DNA of 64,000 bases from Cetorhinus maximus (GCF_964194155.1 NC_135887.1:121706001-121770000), one strand, 5' to 3'. Positions 14,145 to 26,962 are shown, counted from the first letter of the stretch. Program-made: numbers and translations. Notes: a model not told the origin generated them from the letters alone.

Positions 14145-14567
14145 AATGTTCGAGTTGCAATGACCTTTCATCAGAAAGAGATTTAAAATTTTATAAGGAA
14201 GTACAGAACCAGGGAAAGGGAGGGGGCAGTGGTCAAGGCAGGCCTCTGATAGACAAGAGAGATTAAATCAGCAATAGTATGATGGCGCAAGACAAAAAGA
14301 GTAATTAAGTAAAGGAACAAGAGATGACTCCAGAGGAGGTGCGAATGGCAACATCAGAATCATTACCTACCAAGAAAATGAGGAGCAGTAGTTATCATCT
14401 AAAGTTGCTGAACTCAATGTTTAGCTTCACATGGCAGAAGAGTCATACGGACTTGAAACGTTAACTCTGTTTCTCGCTCCACAGATGCTGCCAGACCTGC
14501 TGCGTTTTTCTAGCATTTTCTGTTTTTATTTCAGATTTCCAGCATCCGCAGTATTTTGCTTTTATGT
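14145..14567. mobile_element. Penelope-like fragments in opposite orientations
   Basis: 14145-14425 parallels 42185-42550, while 14430-14567 is the reverse complement of 42078-42215. Confidence 0.6.
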
Positions 14568-14609
14568 TATTACAGTTTGCTGTAATAAAGTTCCAGGTAT
14601 TATAGGGAC

Positions 14610-15535
14610 TTTTTTTTTTATTCATTCATGAAATCTGGGCATCACTGGCAAGGCCAGCATTTATTGGCCATCCCTAATTGCCCTTGAGAAGGTGGTAGTG
14701 AACCGCCTTCTTGAACCATTGCTGTCCATGTGGTGTAGGTACACCCACAGTGCAGTGAGGAAGGGAGTCCCAGGATTTTGACCCCATGCCATTAAAGGAA
14801 CGGTGACATAGTTCCAAGTTATGATGGTGTGTGACTTGATGAGGAACTTGCAGGTGGTGGTGTTCCCATGTGTCTGCCACCCTTATCCTTCTAGGTGGTA
14901 GAGGTCGCGGGTTTGGAAGATGCTATTGATGGAACATTGATAAGTTGCTGCGGTGCATCTTGTATATGGTACACACAATGCTACCACTTTGTGTCGATGG
15001 TTGAGGGAGGAAGTGAATGTTTAAGGCGGTAGGGAATACTGATCAAGTGGGCTGCTTTGTCCTGGACAGTGTCGAACTTCTTAAGTATTAATTGGGACCG
15101 CACTCATCCAGGCAAATGGGGAGGATTCCATCTGACTTGTGCCTTATTGATGGTGGATTGACTTTTGGAGTCAGGAGGTGAGTTACTTGCCTCGAAATTC
15201 CTAGCCCTGACCTGGCTCGTGTAGCCACATTATTTATAATGCTGGTCAAGTTACGTTTCTGGTCAATGGTGACCCTCCAAAATGTTGATGGTGGGGTTGG
15301 GGGGGGGAGGTGAGTGTTGTTCAGCAAAGGTGATGCTGTTGAATGTCAAGGGGAAATAGATAGTCTCTCTTGTTGGAAATGATCATTGCCTGACAATTGC
15401 TGCATGCAGGCACGAACTGCTTCAGTATCTGATGAGTGCAAACGGCACTGAACACTTCATTAGTGAACATCCCCACTTCTGACTTTATGATGGAGGGAAG
15501 GTCATTGATGAAGCAGCTGAAGATGGTTGGGCTAC
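14610..15535 (-). mobile_element. Same CR1-group family, 3' fragment
   Basis: Collinear with 32772-33730. ORF ends FKKAVHYHLLKGN. Confidence 0.88.
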
Positions 15536-16299
15536 CTGGTTATGTTTGATGAATGCACAAATGTGTTATATTCTGCCTTTGCAGCTCAGGCATACTGGGT
15601 ATATGACATCTCATTAAAAAGTCATCTGATGCAAAGATGCAGCTCTAATAAAATGACATCCAATCCATTGTGGAGGCCATAATATCACACCTTGGAGATC
15701 AGAGCAATAATGTTAGGTTTCCATTGAATGTGGAAGGCTCAGAATTACTACAGATACTTCGGAGATGGCCTAGAGCAGAACTCAGCAAATAATTGGAACG
15801 TGTGCTACAATATTCTGTTTATTCTAGGGCTTTTTTAAAAAACTCGGCTTTCTAAAAATCCATGTTGAATTCTCTGCAAATGAAAGACAAGTTTTTTTAA
15901 AGAATAACCCTGTGCTTAAAGTTGTGGCAATTATGCTTTAGTGTCTAAAATTGGAGTCTACATCAGAGCTGAAAATAGAACTATTTTATAATTTAATGAC
16001 AGAATAACAATAAATAAATCTCAAAACCTCCTTGAGAATGCTAATACTGGTAACAGTACTTTGTATTCATCTTGCTTTGCATAGAATATTAATTGTGATT
16101 TAAAAATGCACAACAGAATTTTGAAACATTTAAGTCATCCTAAGGGACTGTCAAAGAACAGAAAAATCTCAGATACTCAGTTTACTTTCTTAATTGAATA
16201 ACTTGAATGCAAATAGTTACAGCTCTGTGAATTAGTAGATCAGTGCTGCAGGGAAATGATATCTTGATCAACAGATAAATCTCTTTACAGGTTAATTTA

Positions 16300-16754
16300 G
16301 CATGGATGAGTTTTTAAAAATGTTGTAAATAGATTCCGTTTATTTAAGATTTGCTTCGCTTTTTTTATTTGGCGGTAGATCAAGCAAACCATGTTACAAT
16401 GCACACATTAACAGGGTCAACTATTATTCCGTTCATAGTTGTCTTGACCCATCTGTTTGCATTTGTTCATCAGTTCAGTACTTAATGCAATACAGCGTAT
16501 AAAGACTGTGCTGGCATTCACATGACTAATACTCTGAAACACAGCAAGGCTTCGAACTGCTCCAGTCTACGCACAGTCGGTTCCCAGCTGACAGACAGAA
16601 TGTGGGGTGGGCTTTGTCACCAGACTTCTTCTGGATTTTGCATGCCCAGATATATTTGCAACCACTCCGTGCTCAGGAACCTGCTGTTATTTTTAGGGTT
16701 CTGGCAACTAAAGCATATCGAAACTGGGTAGTGGCGAGCTGAAAGTGGGGAAAT
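16300..16754 (+). promoter_or_regulatory. Putative intragenic promoter/5' UTR of the Shank2A-type isoform
   Basis: Repeat-free sequence directly upstream of the alternative ATG exon. The position is inferred and the TSS is not determinable from sequence. Confidence 0.4.
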
Positions 16755-16788
16755 ATGAAGTCTTTGTTGAATGCCTTAAAGATAGAAG
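16755..16788 (+). CDS. SHANK2: SHANK2 alternative first coding exon (Shank2A/ProSAP1A-type N-terminus), MKSLLNALKIE plus 1 nt
   Basis: ATG AAG TCT TTG TTG AAT GCC TTA AAG ATA GAA G is followed by a strong donor, AG|gtaagc. The phase-1 G joins TG at 23852 to give MKSLLNALKIEVPFREAP, which resembles the mammalian Shank2A start as I recall it (MKSLLNAFTKKEVPFREAP). Confidence 0.85.
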
Positions 16789-18321
16789 GTAAGCGGGCTG
16801 TGCAAAAAAAAAGAATATTCTGGCAAACGTAAGAAGGGATCTGGAATTGTGATAATGTAACGTTCACATTTTAAATGAAGATCCAAGTGGATATTTCAAA
16901 ATAACTTTTTACGGTTCCGTTTTTACAAAATGTTTGATCAATGTTCAATTTGATCCTTTCATATCCGTGAGTTAATTGAGCATGCCATACTTCTCTCTTC
17001 ATGCAACTCCGCACATTACGAGGGTATGACACCCTAGTGCTTGCAACTGATTGATAAAAAGGGGAAGAGACTCCTTGCCCGGTTACTTATTGTGACTGAT
17101 AGTGCGAGGCACTGCAACTGTGACTATCCTGAGAGATTAAATGATACTGTAACTGCGACAATTAGCTGGGGGGAAATGTGTTTTATTATTCATGTACCTG
17201 CTGAGAAACAACAGTTTCTAATCAGTGAAACAAGATTGTTAAATGCTTCAATGCAGGTGTGTAATGTTTTTGGCAAGTCAGCACCCAATTAATTCATTCA
17301 TTATAATTTCATTGGAAGAGAATAGTTAAATTTAGCCTTTTTAATCTGTATCTGACATTAATGTGCAAATAAGAATGTTTAACAAGGCTATTCAAATATA
17401 AAACCCCACAGTGTGGGACATTCTGAATGCAATACTGAATTTAACAAAAAAATTACTATAGTCTCAGAAATCTTCAGAGGAATATAGCCTCATTGCTTTG
17501 TTGTAGAACATATGAAGGTAATGACTAGGAGCATTTAAGGAGCTTTCTTTCCTCAGGGATTATCGGTTTATGTTAAATGTGACCATCACGAAATGTTTTA
17601 AAAAAAATACAAGAAATGCTTGATCAAAAATGCAGAGTGTTGATCCGGAGAGCTGATCACTGGCAGAAGTCTTCTGGTGCTGGTCTGTGACTGTGACAGT
17701 GAGCATGTGGATTAATGTATGTTAAAGAAAGCGAGACACCCACATACCTGATGCCTACGCATTACATAGCTGGAAAGACATATGACTTTCAGCAGAACGG
17801 AAGTCAGTTTGAGGTGTGGAAAAAGTCCTTTAACAACAATCATGAAAATTAAGAACCTTCGTACTGTTGAACCTTGCTGTCACCAGAGCAAATAGAAAGC
17901 TGTGGAAGAAGGCAAAAAATAATTGTGGATTTGGAGTGAAATGTACCACAAGTCTGCCTGATGCTGCAACTCATTTTCGTATGGAAAACATCCCAACTCC
18001 CAATCCAAATATTTTGCCTTAAAGCACAGCGACGAATGATATTGGCATCTTTGGGACATTTCAAATTGACCTGCTCACTGCTGATCCAAAGGCGTGCCAA
18101 ACGAAATCTTCACTAGCTCACACTGAAGTGAATCGAGAAATGGCCCATCGTCTGGAAGACTACTGAAGAAACGCAGCTGATTGGCAGTGGATATAGAATT
18201 TTACTCACTTTTGTGATGTGCTGACATACCAGACCACCATCCTGAACGACACAGCCGCCATTTCACTGAGTTTATCGCAACAGGTGGGGCTTTTTTTCAG
18301 TGTGGCACCGGCTATTTTAGA

Positions 18322-18642
18322 GAAAGAAAGATTTGCAATTATAGAGTGCTTTACACCATCACCGGACGTCTCCAGGTGCTTTACAGCCAATGAAGTACTT
18401 TTTCAGTCACTGTTGTGATGTAGGAAAAATGGCAGCTAATTTGCCACACAGCAAATTCCCACAAACAGCAATGTGATAACGACAAGATAATATGTTTCTT
18501 GTGATGTTGACTGAGGAAATATAATGGCCGGGACATCAGGGATAATTCCCCTGCTCTTCTTCAGAATAGTGCCAGGGGATCTTATATATCCACCCGAGCA
18601 GGCAGGTAGGGCCTCAGTTTAACAGTTCATCTTGAAGATGGC
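18322..18642 (-). mobile_element. Deu-SINE 3' part, cut by a Harbinger insertion
   Basis: gctttacagccaatgaagtactt...cccacaaacagcaatgtgataa...catcttgaagatggc. Confidence 0.8.
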
Positions 18643-19025
18643 GGGCAGAATTGTCCCAGATTTGCACTAAGTGCGATAGCGGGTGGGAAAAAGGACGTTC
18701 TACCCGCCGGTCGCAACTTTTCGCACCATATTGTCCCGAACCCGCCTCATTAATTATGCAGCCAGTCTCACTGGCGGGCGGCCTCTGAATTGCCCATCAG
18801 GCCGTTACCTCACCGCTTCCTCAGTCCGGGTGCCGTATCTAAACTGCAGCCGCGCACACAGCTCTCAATGTTTGCAGCCCAGGACTGCTCCAGTGAAGAC
18901 ATGGCCCTGAAAGCCAAAAAGAGTTCAGTGACCCATCACTGGAATACCTTTCGGAGGCCCGCCGGGATGTACTCCCCTTTCGCTCTGGCCGCGGGAGGGT
19001 CCAACAATCTCACTACTCCCAGATT
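18643..19025 (+). mobile_element. Truncated Harbinger end carrying the start of a Myb-like gene
   Basis: Begins GGGCAGAATT. ATG at 18901 gives MALKAKK. The left end is similar to 59195 onward. Confidence 0.65.
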
Positions 19026-19029
19026 GAGA

Positions 19030-19832
19030 CCACCCCGTCAACTACTTATGCTGCTTCCTACCCTCCTACAAGCTCACCAGGTCAAACTTCTATCTTTCCA
19101 TAATTTCTCTCCTATCGCCCAGCATGCCCTCTCCAAGGCAATTTAGTCTATGAGGCCCACCTCCTGCTCTCTTGACCTTATTTCTACTAAACTGCAGACC
19201 ACCCAACTTCCCCTCCAGGTTCCCATGTCAGCTCGTATCATTAATCTCTCTCTGTTCAGTTGCTATCCTGCTCTCCTTTTAAATCTGCTGTCACCACCCT
19301 TTCTCTTCAATAACAAGCACTTGACCCCGCCATCCTTGCAAATTCCCATCCCATCTCCGACCTCCCTTCCCCCTGCAAAGTCCTTGAATGTTCCATTGCC
19401 TCCCAAATCCATGTTCATGGAACTTGATGTTTGAATCTGTCCTACCTATCATCTGCCTCTGCCACAATACCAAAACATCTCTTCTCAAAGTCACATATGG
19501 CACCCTGTGTGACTGTGATGAAGGTAAACCATCCATCCTGGTCCTTTTCAGCCTGTCTGCAGCCTGTGATGATTTTAATCACTCCACCATTGGTAACTGT
19601 GCCTTCAGATGTCCTAGGCCCTGAGCTCTGGAAATCCCTGCCTGAACCTCTCCGCCTCTCTCTCCTCCTTTACGACCCTTCTTAAAATCGACCTCTCTAA
19701 CCAAGCTTTTGGCTATCTGCCCTAATATTGCTTCCTGAGTCTCAGTGTCTAATTTTGATTTATGGAGCTCGTGAGAAGCACTTTGGGATTTTTTATTATG
19801 TTAAATATGTGATATAAATGAGTTATTGTTGG
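19030..19832 (+). mobile_element. L2-clade LINE fragment (decayed RT plus 3' tail)
   Basis: cccacctcctgctctcttgacc (PTSCSLD), ctcaaagtcaca and tail ctctggaaatccctgcctgaacctctccgcctc...ccaagcttttgg. Confidence 0.7.
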
Positions 19833-20331
19833 TAAGTTTGATTTCTTCGCTTTTTAGTTTGATAAAACTTGGAGATCAGACGAATTCCAACAGAGATAAT
19901 GGAATGAATCATAAGCCTACCCCAGTATTCCTATTAACCCTAGTTGTTTAAAAAAAAAACTGTAGATGCTTCTCATTAGAGATTGATCCAATTGTGGTCT
20001 AGATTTCTACAGCCTTTAGAGATTCAGCCAGAAGGAAGGGAAAGGATGTCATTGTAACAGGTGTAACATTCCACTGTGCATCCTACAAAAAAAAAACCAT
20101 TGCTTAAGGAGTGTTCGTTTTATTTTTCAAATGCAATATATGTTACTCTCCCTTAGCCTTCAAAGAGAGATGTCTTATACTTGGGTATAGTTCCATAAGT
20201 GCCGATTTCCCTCTACCCTTCATGTGTCAACCCAAAACAGCAACAACCTACATTTATATAGCTCCTCTTTAGCATAGTGAAATGTCTGAAGGCGCTTCAC
20301 AGGAGAGTTTTCAAGCAAAATCTGGCACCGA

Positions 20332-21382
20332 TCTATTATTGACATCCGTCCATCTCGGAAAACGATGGACTGCACCCAGGGTGTATGTCACCTTCTGTTG
20401 TGGCTGTAGACACCCAATTCATGAGTGGCAGTCCCTTCCACAGCTGGCACAGATGAATAGCATTGGCCCATGGTCGACTGATGTTTTTTCCTTCTGGTGG
20501 GCTCTCTTTTCTGCCACCTGGTCATTTCTTTTTCCCTCAGATTTTTCCACACCCTTCTTAACTGCTTGTCTCCAGGCACTTCAGTCAGTGGCGAGGATTT
20601 CCAATGCATCGACTCTGATCCCAGTCACCTTTAAGTCTCGCTTGCAGACATCCTAGGCCTGTTGGTCTCATACCGATAGCAAGCTTGCCATAGAGCCTGT
20701 CATTGGAGATGCAACCTTAATCCATTTGGCGTACATGATGCAGCCAACAGAGTCACCGCTGACTCAAGAGAGCAAACATGCTGGGGATCCCTGCATGCTG
20801 GTGTACTTCTATACTCGGCACTCTATCTTGTCAGGAGATGCCCAAATTTATCTGAGGCAGCGGAAGCTGTTCAGCCAGTTTTCTTGGCTTACATTTATTT
20901 TCCATGCCTCGCTACTGTAAAGGATGATGCTGAGAACGCAAGCCCAGTTACACACGAAGCTTTGTGTTTTCAGTTACTTTGCTGTTGGTCCACACTCGAC
21001 TTCCCAACTTTGACATGACAGCTGTGGCCTTGGCAATCCTGGTGCTGAGTTAGGCATCAAGGTGCAGGTTGCTGGTAATTGTTGATCCAAGGTATGTGAA
21101 GCTGTTGACGACCTCCAGGGTGAGGTTGTCAGTGTTGATGGAAGGTGGAGTCTCCACAAGCTGGCCCATAACTTTGGTCTTCCTGATGCTGATTTTTAGT
21201 TCAAACTCTTTGGAGGCCTGGGAGAACAAACTGTTGCAAGCGGGCATCAGTATGGGATGCTACGCCATGTCATCAGCAAACAGCAACTCACAAACTAGGA
21301 CATTACGCACTTTGGTTTTGGCGTACAGACTTGTCAGGTTGAATAGCTTGCCGTTGACTCTGGCATGCAGGTAGACACCCCC
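20332..21382 (-). mobile_element. RTE-clade LINE 3' fragment, inserted in an L2-like tail
   Basis: LFADD, KEFELKISIRKTKVMGQ and LEVVNSFTYLGSTIT are RTE-type RT C-terminal motifs. The host tail resumes at 21388 (cataaggagatattagg). Confidence 0.8.
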
Positions 21383-22619
21383 ATTTACATAAGGAGATAT
21401 TAGGGCAGGTGGCCAAATGCTTAATTGACCAAAGGAATGGGTTTTAAGGACTGTCTTAAAGGAGGAGGAGAGAGGCAGAGAACCAAATGAGTGTTGACAG
21501 ATAATTCTCTAATGGGGTGGGAGTTTGGGTGGGGTTGGGTATTCTTCTGGATTCGCCTTGTCCTTATACTTGCAACCTTGACTGGGTAACAACTGTCATC
21601 TGAGAAGTCCAGCTAACATTTTGTTTTTTATTCTCTTCCTGGATCAGAGATGATGCCTCCAATTGTAATATTCCTACTGCTGTACTGATTAGATCACTCA
21701 GCATGGACCAGAAATACAACCCAAACCCTCCTTTATAACCTAGTACCACAGTGAGCAGTGTAGTGTTGCTCTAAGCCATTGGGATGGCTCTATTACAAGA
21801 AGTTAAAACCAACATCATAACACACAATCCTAGTCAGAAATGGCATTCAATAGTTAGATAGTCCTAGTACTTGTTTCGCTTTGTGACTTCTGTTTTAGTT
21901 CAGTCTGATTTAACTTTTCTGGGTAGTAGGGGGATCTATTCATTTTTTTTGCTGTTAGTTTTTGATATAAAGAGACTCTTAAGATCAGCCAAGAAATTTT
22001 GAACAATCCCATTTGTACTGGCCGTTTGGAGCAACATTAACAGTGCAGTAATAAATGGTGCTTTGATCTGTGCACATTTGTGTCAATAAGTGAACTCGAG
22101 GTTTGAACGTATAGCTTTGTAAGCCATTCTATGTAAATCTAAAATTGAATTGTCAATGTCTGCCTGCACTGAGTCGAATATGTGGCCTTAAGGAGACAAT
22201 CTTTGAGTGACCCAATATTTCAAGTATTTAAATTTGGAGACTCGCAGATGGTGGCTTGAAATGCAGATTGCAATCCTTCTTTCCAAAAGACTCCCTTGCA
22301 TCAGATAATTGAAGATTTTTCCAGTCTCAGCCAGCCAAGAAACTAGAACGACGTCTGATTGTGAACTGTTGTAATGGGAGGAGCGAGTAGGAGAAGCTGA
22401 TCTTGGCCAACTTATTACACTAGAACCTATACCCACCTGCCTGTTTTATGGTGAAACAAATGTTGCAGATTTGACCAGGTGTCCTGACCAATGGATGGCC
22501 AGGGACCTGTGCGGTGAGGAGGTTAAGAAAAACATCTAGAGAAAAGGAAAGAGAACATTTCTGAAACACTCAGCAGGTCAGGCAATATTTGGACATAGAT
22601 GCTCATGTGCTCCAAATAT

Positions 22620-22795
22620 ATTACCTTTCCTTCATCATTGTTGGGTTGAAATCCTGAAATTCCCTATCTAACGGGAGCACATTCGCCACATGGACTGCAG
22701 TGGTCCATGAAAGGGACTCACCACCAGCTTCTCAAGGGCAACTAGAGGTGGAACAGCTTAGCTAGCAATGCCCATATCCTGAGAATGCATTCATA
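22620..22795 (+). mobile_element. Same CR1-group family, short 3' tail
   Basis: ctcaccaccagcttctcaagggcaactag. Confidence 0.65.
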
Positions 22796-23109
22796 AAGAA
22801 TTTATGGAAAGAACAAAGGTGGTAAAATTTTGGCTGTGGACTTCTTGTCAAAATAGGCCTTCACCCAAAACATAACCCACCTGTCCTCTCCACGGATGCT
22901 GACCATCCAGCAGCATTTTCTACATCTGTTTCAGATTTCCAGTATTTGTAAATAGTTTTTTTCTTTTTGTCCACAGAAGAGGCAATCTGCTTACCAAATG
23001 GTCATGATGACATGTTACTGTGCCACTGACTTTTTGATCGTTCCACATCATGGTAGATATGGAGAAAGGATACTGAATGTTTAAACGCTCCTGTACCAAG
23101 GGCTGTGCT

Positions 23110-23785
23110 CTTTTTTTATTTGTTCATGGGATGTGGGTGTCGCTGGCAAGGCCAGCATTTGTTGCCCATCCATAATTGCTGCCAAAAACGTGGTGGTGAG
23201 CTGCCGCCTTGAACTACTGCAGTCCATCCAGTGTAGATACACTGACAGTTAGGCAGGGAGTCCCAGGATTTTGACCCAGCAACAGTAAAGTAATGGTGAT
23301 GTAGTTCCAAGCCAGGATTGTGTGTGACATGCAGGAGAACTTGCAGGTGGTGGTGTTCCCATGCATCTGCTGCCCCTAGGTGATAGAGGTTGCAAGTTTG
23401 GAAGGTACTGTCAAAGGAGCCTTGGTGAGTTCCTGCAGTGGAACTTGTAGATAGTATATACTGCTGCCACTGTTAATCGGTAGTGCAGCAAGTGAATGTT
23501 AATGGAAGGGGTGCCAATCAAGCGTGTTCCTTTGTCCTGGATGGTGTCAAGCTTCTTGAGTGTTATTGGAGCTGCGCTCATCCAGACAGGTGGAGAATAT
23601 TCCATCACTCTTCTGACTTGTGTTTGGAAGATGGTGGCCAGGCTTTGGGGAGTTAGGAGGTCAGTTACTCACCAAAGAGTTCCCAGACTCTGACCTGCAC
23701 TTGCGGCCACAGTATTTATATGGCTAGTCCAGTTCGGCTTCTGGTCAATGGTTAACCACCCCCCCCCCAGGATGTTGATGGTTAC
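23110..23785 (-). mobile_element. Same CR1-group family, 3' fragment
   Basis: MEYSPPVWMSAAPITLKKLDTIQDK, collinear with 32772-33440. Confidence 0.88.
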
Positions 23786-23851
23786 GGTTTTAGAAGAGAA
23801 AAATGTCGTGTGAAATCTTAATCTTGTCTTAATTTTCTTTTTCCTGTACAG

Positions 23852-24158
23852 TGCCATTTCGAGAGGCACCGACTTACTCAAATCGGAGGAGGGGACCTCA
23901 GAACACCCTTTCTGCACCACGGGTCCTGCTCCGTTCAAACAGCGACAATAACCTGAACATTAACGATATCCCAGACTGGACGGGGAACAAGTCTGCCACT
24001 TCACATCGAAGCCTTTCGCCACAACTACTGCAACAGATGCCGAACAATCCCAATGGCACTATAAAAAGTGGGAGCGGTACCCATGGCTCCCGAAGCCGTT
24101 CGCCATCCCTGAATAGGATCGGAGAGGAGGTTCAGAGGCCACAGCACAGGCAGATCAG
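23852..24158 (+). CDS. SHANK2: SHANK2 internal exon (ankyrin-to-SH3 linker), 307 nt
   Basis: Acceptor ttttctttttcctgtacag| and donor AG|gtacgg. Translates (V)PFREAPTYSNRRRGPQNTLSAPRVLLRSNSDNNLN...SHRSLSPQLLQQMP...RSRSPSLNR, motifs I recognise as SHANK2-specific. Phase 1 in, phase 2 out. Confidence 0.95.
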
Positions 24159-24229
24159 GTACGGAAACTTCGCTGCATGATAAAGTACCGATGGTCTTAA
24201 TTGTTAACTGATCTCATGGACCTTGGGAC

Positions 24230-24487
24230 GTGAGATGCAAAGGAATAAAGCAGTGGGGATTTATTTAACAGTGAGTTGTTAAGATCTGGAATGTACTGCT
24301 TGAAAGGGTGGTGGAAACAGATCTAATAGAAAGTTAAGGGAATTTGATAAATACTTGAAGGGGAAAAATTGCAGGGCTGCGTAAAAAGAGCCAGGCAGCT
24401 GGACTAATTGGATAGTTCTTCCACAGAAGCAGGAATGATGGGCTGAATAGTCTCCTCCTGTCCTGGGAAGGTTCTATGATTTGTGAT
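24230..24487 (+). mobile_element. CR1 3' end fragment
   Basis: ctggaatgtactgcttgaaagggtggtggaa...gggctgaatagtctcctcctg...ttctatgatt. Confidence 0.65.
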
Positions 24488-25529
24488 TTCACCACCCCGC
24501 CACCTCCAAATTTTCCTCTGCGCTCACCTCCGTATACTTGACGTTGCTCTTCTCCACATCATCTGAGGAAGCAAAAGAAAAGATTACATTACACCGGTCC
24601 TCAATTTAGAAGGTCTTTGTCAAAAGTTCCTCTCAACCCCTCAAAAGATGATCAGACTCGGAGGCTCGAAACATGTTTTTTATTTACCAGATAACTTGTC
24701 TTGGCTTCCCCCTTCCATGTCTATTAGTTTCCCAAAAATGCATTTAACATTTTGTTGAAGGACTCACTACCATCTCGTTTTGATGTTCCACTTGATGTCC
24801 ATGCTCCGAGAACACGATAACTTACAAACACCAAATACTCCCTGTGCTTTACTCATTTAAACACATGTCCATTATCTCTACCCAGTCCCCTTGCTTCAAG
24901 CAATCTACTGCTGACCTATTAATGCCTTAATAAGAATCAGATTCCCTCTAAGCTTATGGCTCACTACCAAGTTCAAACACGAGATATGAAGTCTACCTTC
25001 TTAGCTCAGTGCATTTATGGTGGCAATCAACCTCATTGTTCTCCTCTGTACCTTCTCTGGAGACCCAGTATGCTCCTTGAGGAGTGGGGAGCAAAATTGT
25101 ACATAGCATATCAAAAGAGGACTCACCAAAGTCCAGTCACTGCGGAATTGTCCTGGCATTGCAACCTTCACTTGCTTTGGCAAGAAGCCGTTTGATATGG
25201 CACTGGACCTTCATGGAAGTGATCAACTATCCTTCCAAGATTCTGTCCCTTACTGGCACCTTTAACCTATAGCTAAATAGCCTCTGGCTTACAAATTGAT
25301 TTGTGTTGGTTTGATAGGAATAATCCCTTTGCCACAATGGGCCTCATGTACCTGACACCAGTGAACAGCATTTTAGGGATCCTGGAAGAGGGCAAGTGAT
25401 CAGGAGAAGATGGCGTGTGGTTGAGGGGTGGTCGGTGGAGAGGGGCACTAGCAGAGGGAAAGTGGCAGTGATTGGCAGATGAAGGGGCAGTGATTGGGTG
25501 TGGAAGGGGCCAGTGATTGGGGGTTGGGA

Positions 25530-25945
25530 GGTGGGGGAGGGGGCAGTGATTGGGAGGTGGGGGAGGGGGGCAGTGATTGGGAGGTGGGGGAGGGGGGCAG
25601 TGATTGGGAGGTGGGGGAGGGGGGCAGTGATTGGGAGGTGGGGGAGGGGGGCAGTGATTGGGAGGTGGGGGAGGGGGGCAATGATTGGGAGGTGGGGGAG
25701 GGGGCAGTGATTGGGAGGTGGGGGAGGGGGGCAGTGATTGGGAGGTGGGGGAGGGGGGCAGTGATTGGGAGGTGGGGGAGGGGGGCAGTGATTGGGAGGT
25801 AGGGGAGGGGGGCAGTGATTGGGAGGTGGGGGAGGGGGGCAGTGATTGGGAGGTGGGGGAGGGGGGCAGTGATTGGGAGGTGGGGGAGGGGGGCAGTGAT
25901 TGGGAGGTGGGGGAGGGGGGCAGTGATTGGGAGGTGGGGGAGGTG
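25530..25945. repeat. 27-bp G-rich minisatellite, about 15 near-identical copies
   Basis: Unit GGGGGGCAGTGATTGGGAGGTGGGGGA, visible as 9-aa periodicity in the overlapping ORFs. It is embedded in degenerate versions of the unit (25380-26290). Confidence 0.97.
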
Positions 25946-26514
25946 GAGATCAGGAGATGGAGGGGGAAAATGACTGGGAGAAGGCAGAGACAGGATGGGG
26001 GACAGGCAGTGATTGGGTGAGGAAGAGGGCGATGATCTGGACAGTGGGGAGACAGCGATCACAAAAGGAAGGGGGAAACGCACAGGGGAGAGTGGTCTTG
26101 TAATCTGGAGAGGGGCAGTGATTGGCAGTGGAGGGGACAGAGACGGGGAGGGGCGAATGATCAAGGGAGGGAGGGACCAGTGATCAGAAGGGACAGGGCA
26201 TTGATTGAGAGGGACTGTGATTAGGGGAGGCTGGGGGTTATTGGGTGAGGAAGGGGTAAGCAGTGAGTAGGACAGGGCAGCGATCAAGAGTAAATCTTTC
26301 TATCAGAATCTAAAAAGGGATTAGCGAAAGCAATCGTGGGTCCCTTACAGGAGAAATAAGCAAATGGTAGCGACATTAAACAAATACTTTGAAATACTTT
26401 GTATCTGTCTTCACAGTAAAGGATGCAAAAACATTTCTGGAAATAATGGGGAACCAAAAGTCTAGTGGAAATTAGGAATTTATTAGTAGTAGTAAAATAG
26501 TACTGGAGTAATTA

Positions 26515-26962
26515 ATAAAAAAAGACTTGCATTTTTATAGCACTTTTCATAATTTCTGGACATCTCAAAGCAAAATGAAATGCTTTTTGAAATGTCGGAA
26601 GTGCAGCAGGTAATATGCGCTCAGCAAACTCCTACAAATAACATAGTGATAATGACCAGTGATGTTTTTAATGATGTTGATTGAGGGATAAACATTGGCC
26701 GGGACACCAGCAATAACCGCAACCCCCTCAACTCTTCTTCAAAATAGCGTCATGGGATCTTTTACATCCGTCCGAGCAGGCAGATAGGGCCTTGGTTTAA
26801 TCTCACATCCAAAATACAGCACTTCCAACAGTGCAGTGCTCCCTCAGTACCGCACTGAAGTGTCAGCCTTGATTTCTGTGCTCGAGCCCTAGAGTGATAC
26901 CTGAACCGTGAACCTTACGATTCAGAGGCGAAGGTGCTACTGACTGACCCATGACTGACACA
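26515..26962 (-). mobile_element. Deu-SINE nested in CR1
   Basis: Full-length match to the reverse complement of 52372-52845. Confidence 0.85.

Noticed and set aside
23851-24180. Standalone 109-aa protein or read-through isoform ending RYGNFAA
   Set aside because: The GTG start overlaps the splice acceptor and the tail lies past a good donor. Nothing supports intron retention.
25530-25945. CRISPR-like regular array
   Set aside because: The units are contiguous with no unique spacers, the context is eukaryotic, and there are no cas genes.
25448-26287. 279-aa proline-rich ORF and overlapping G-rich ORFs
   Set aside because: They are translations of the stop-free 27-bp minisatellite.
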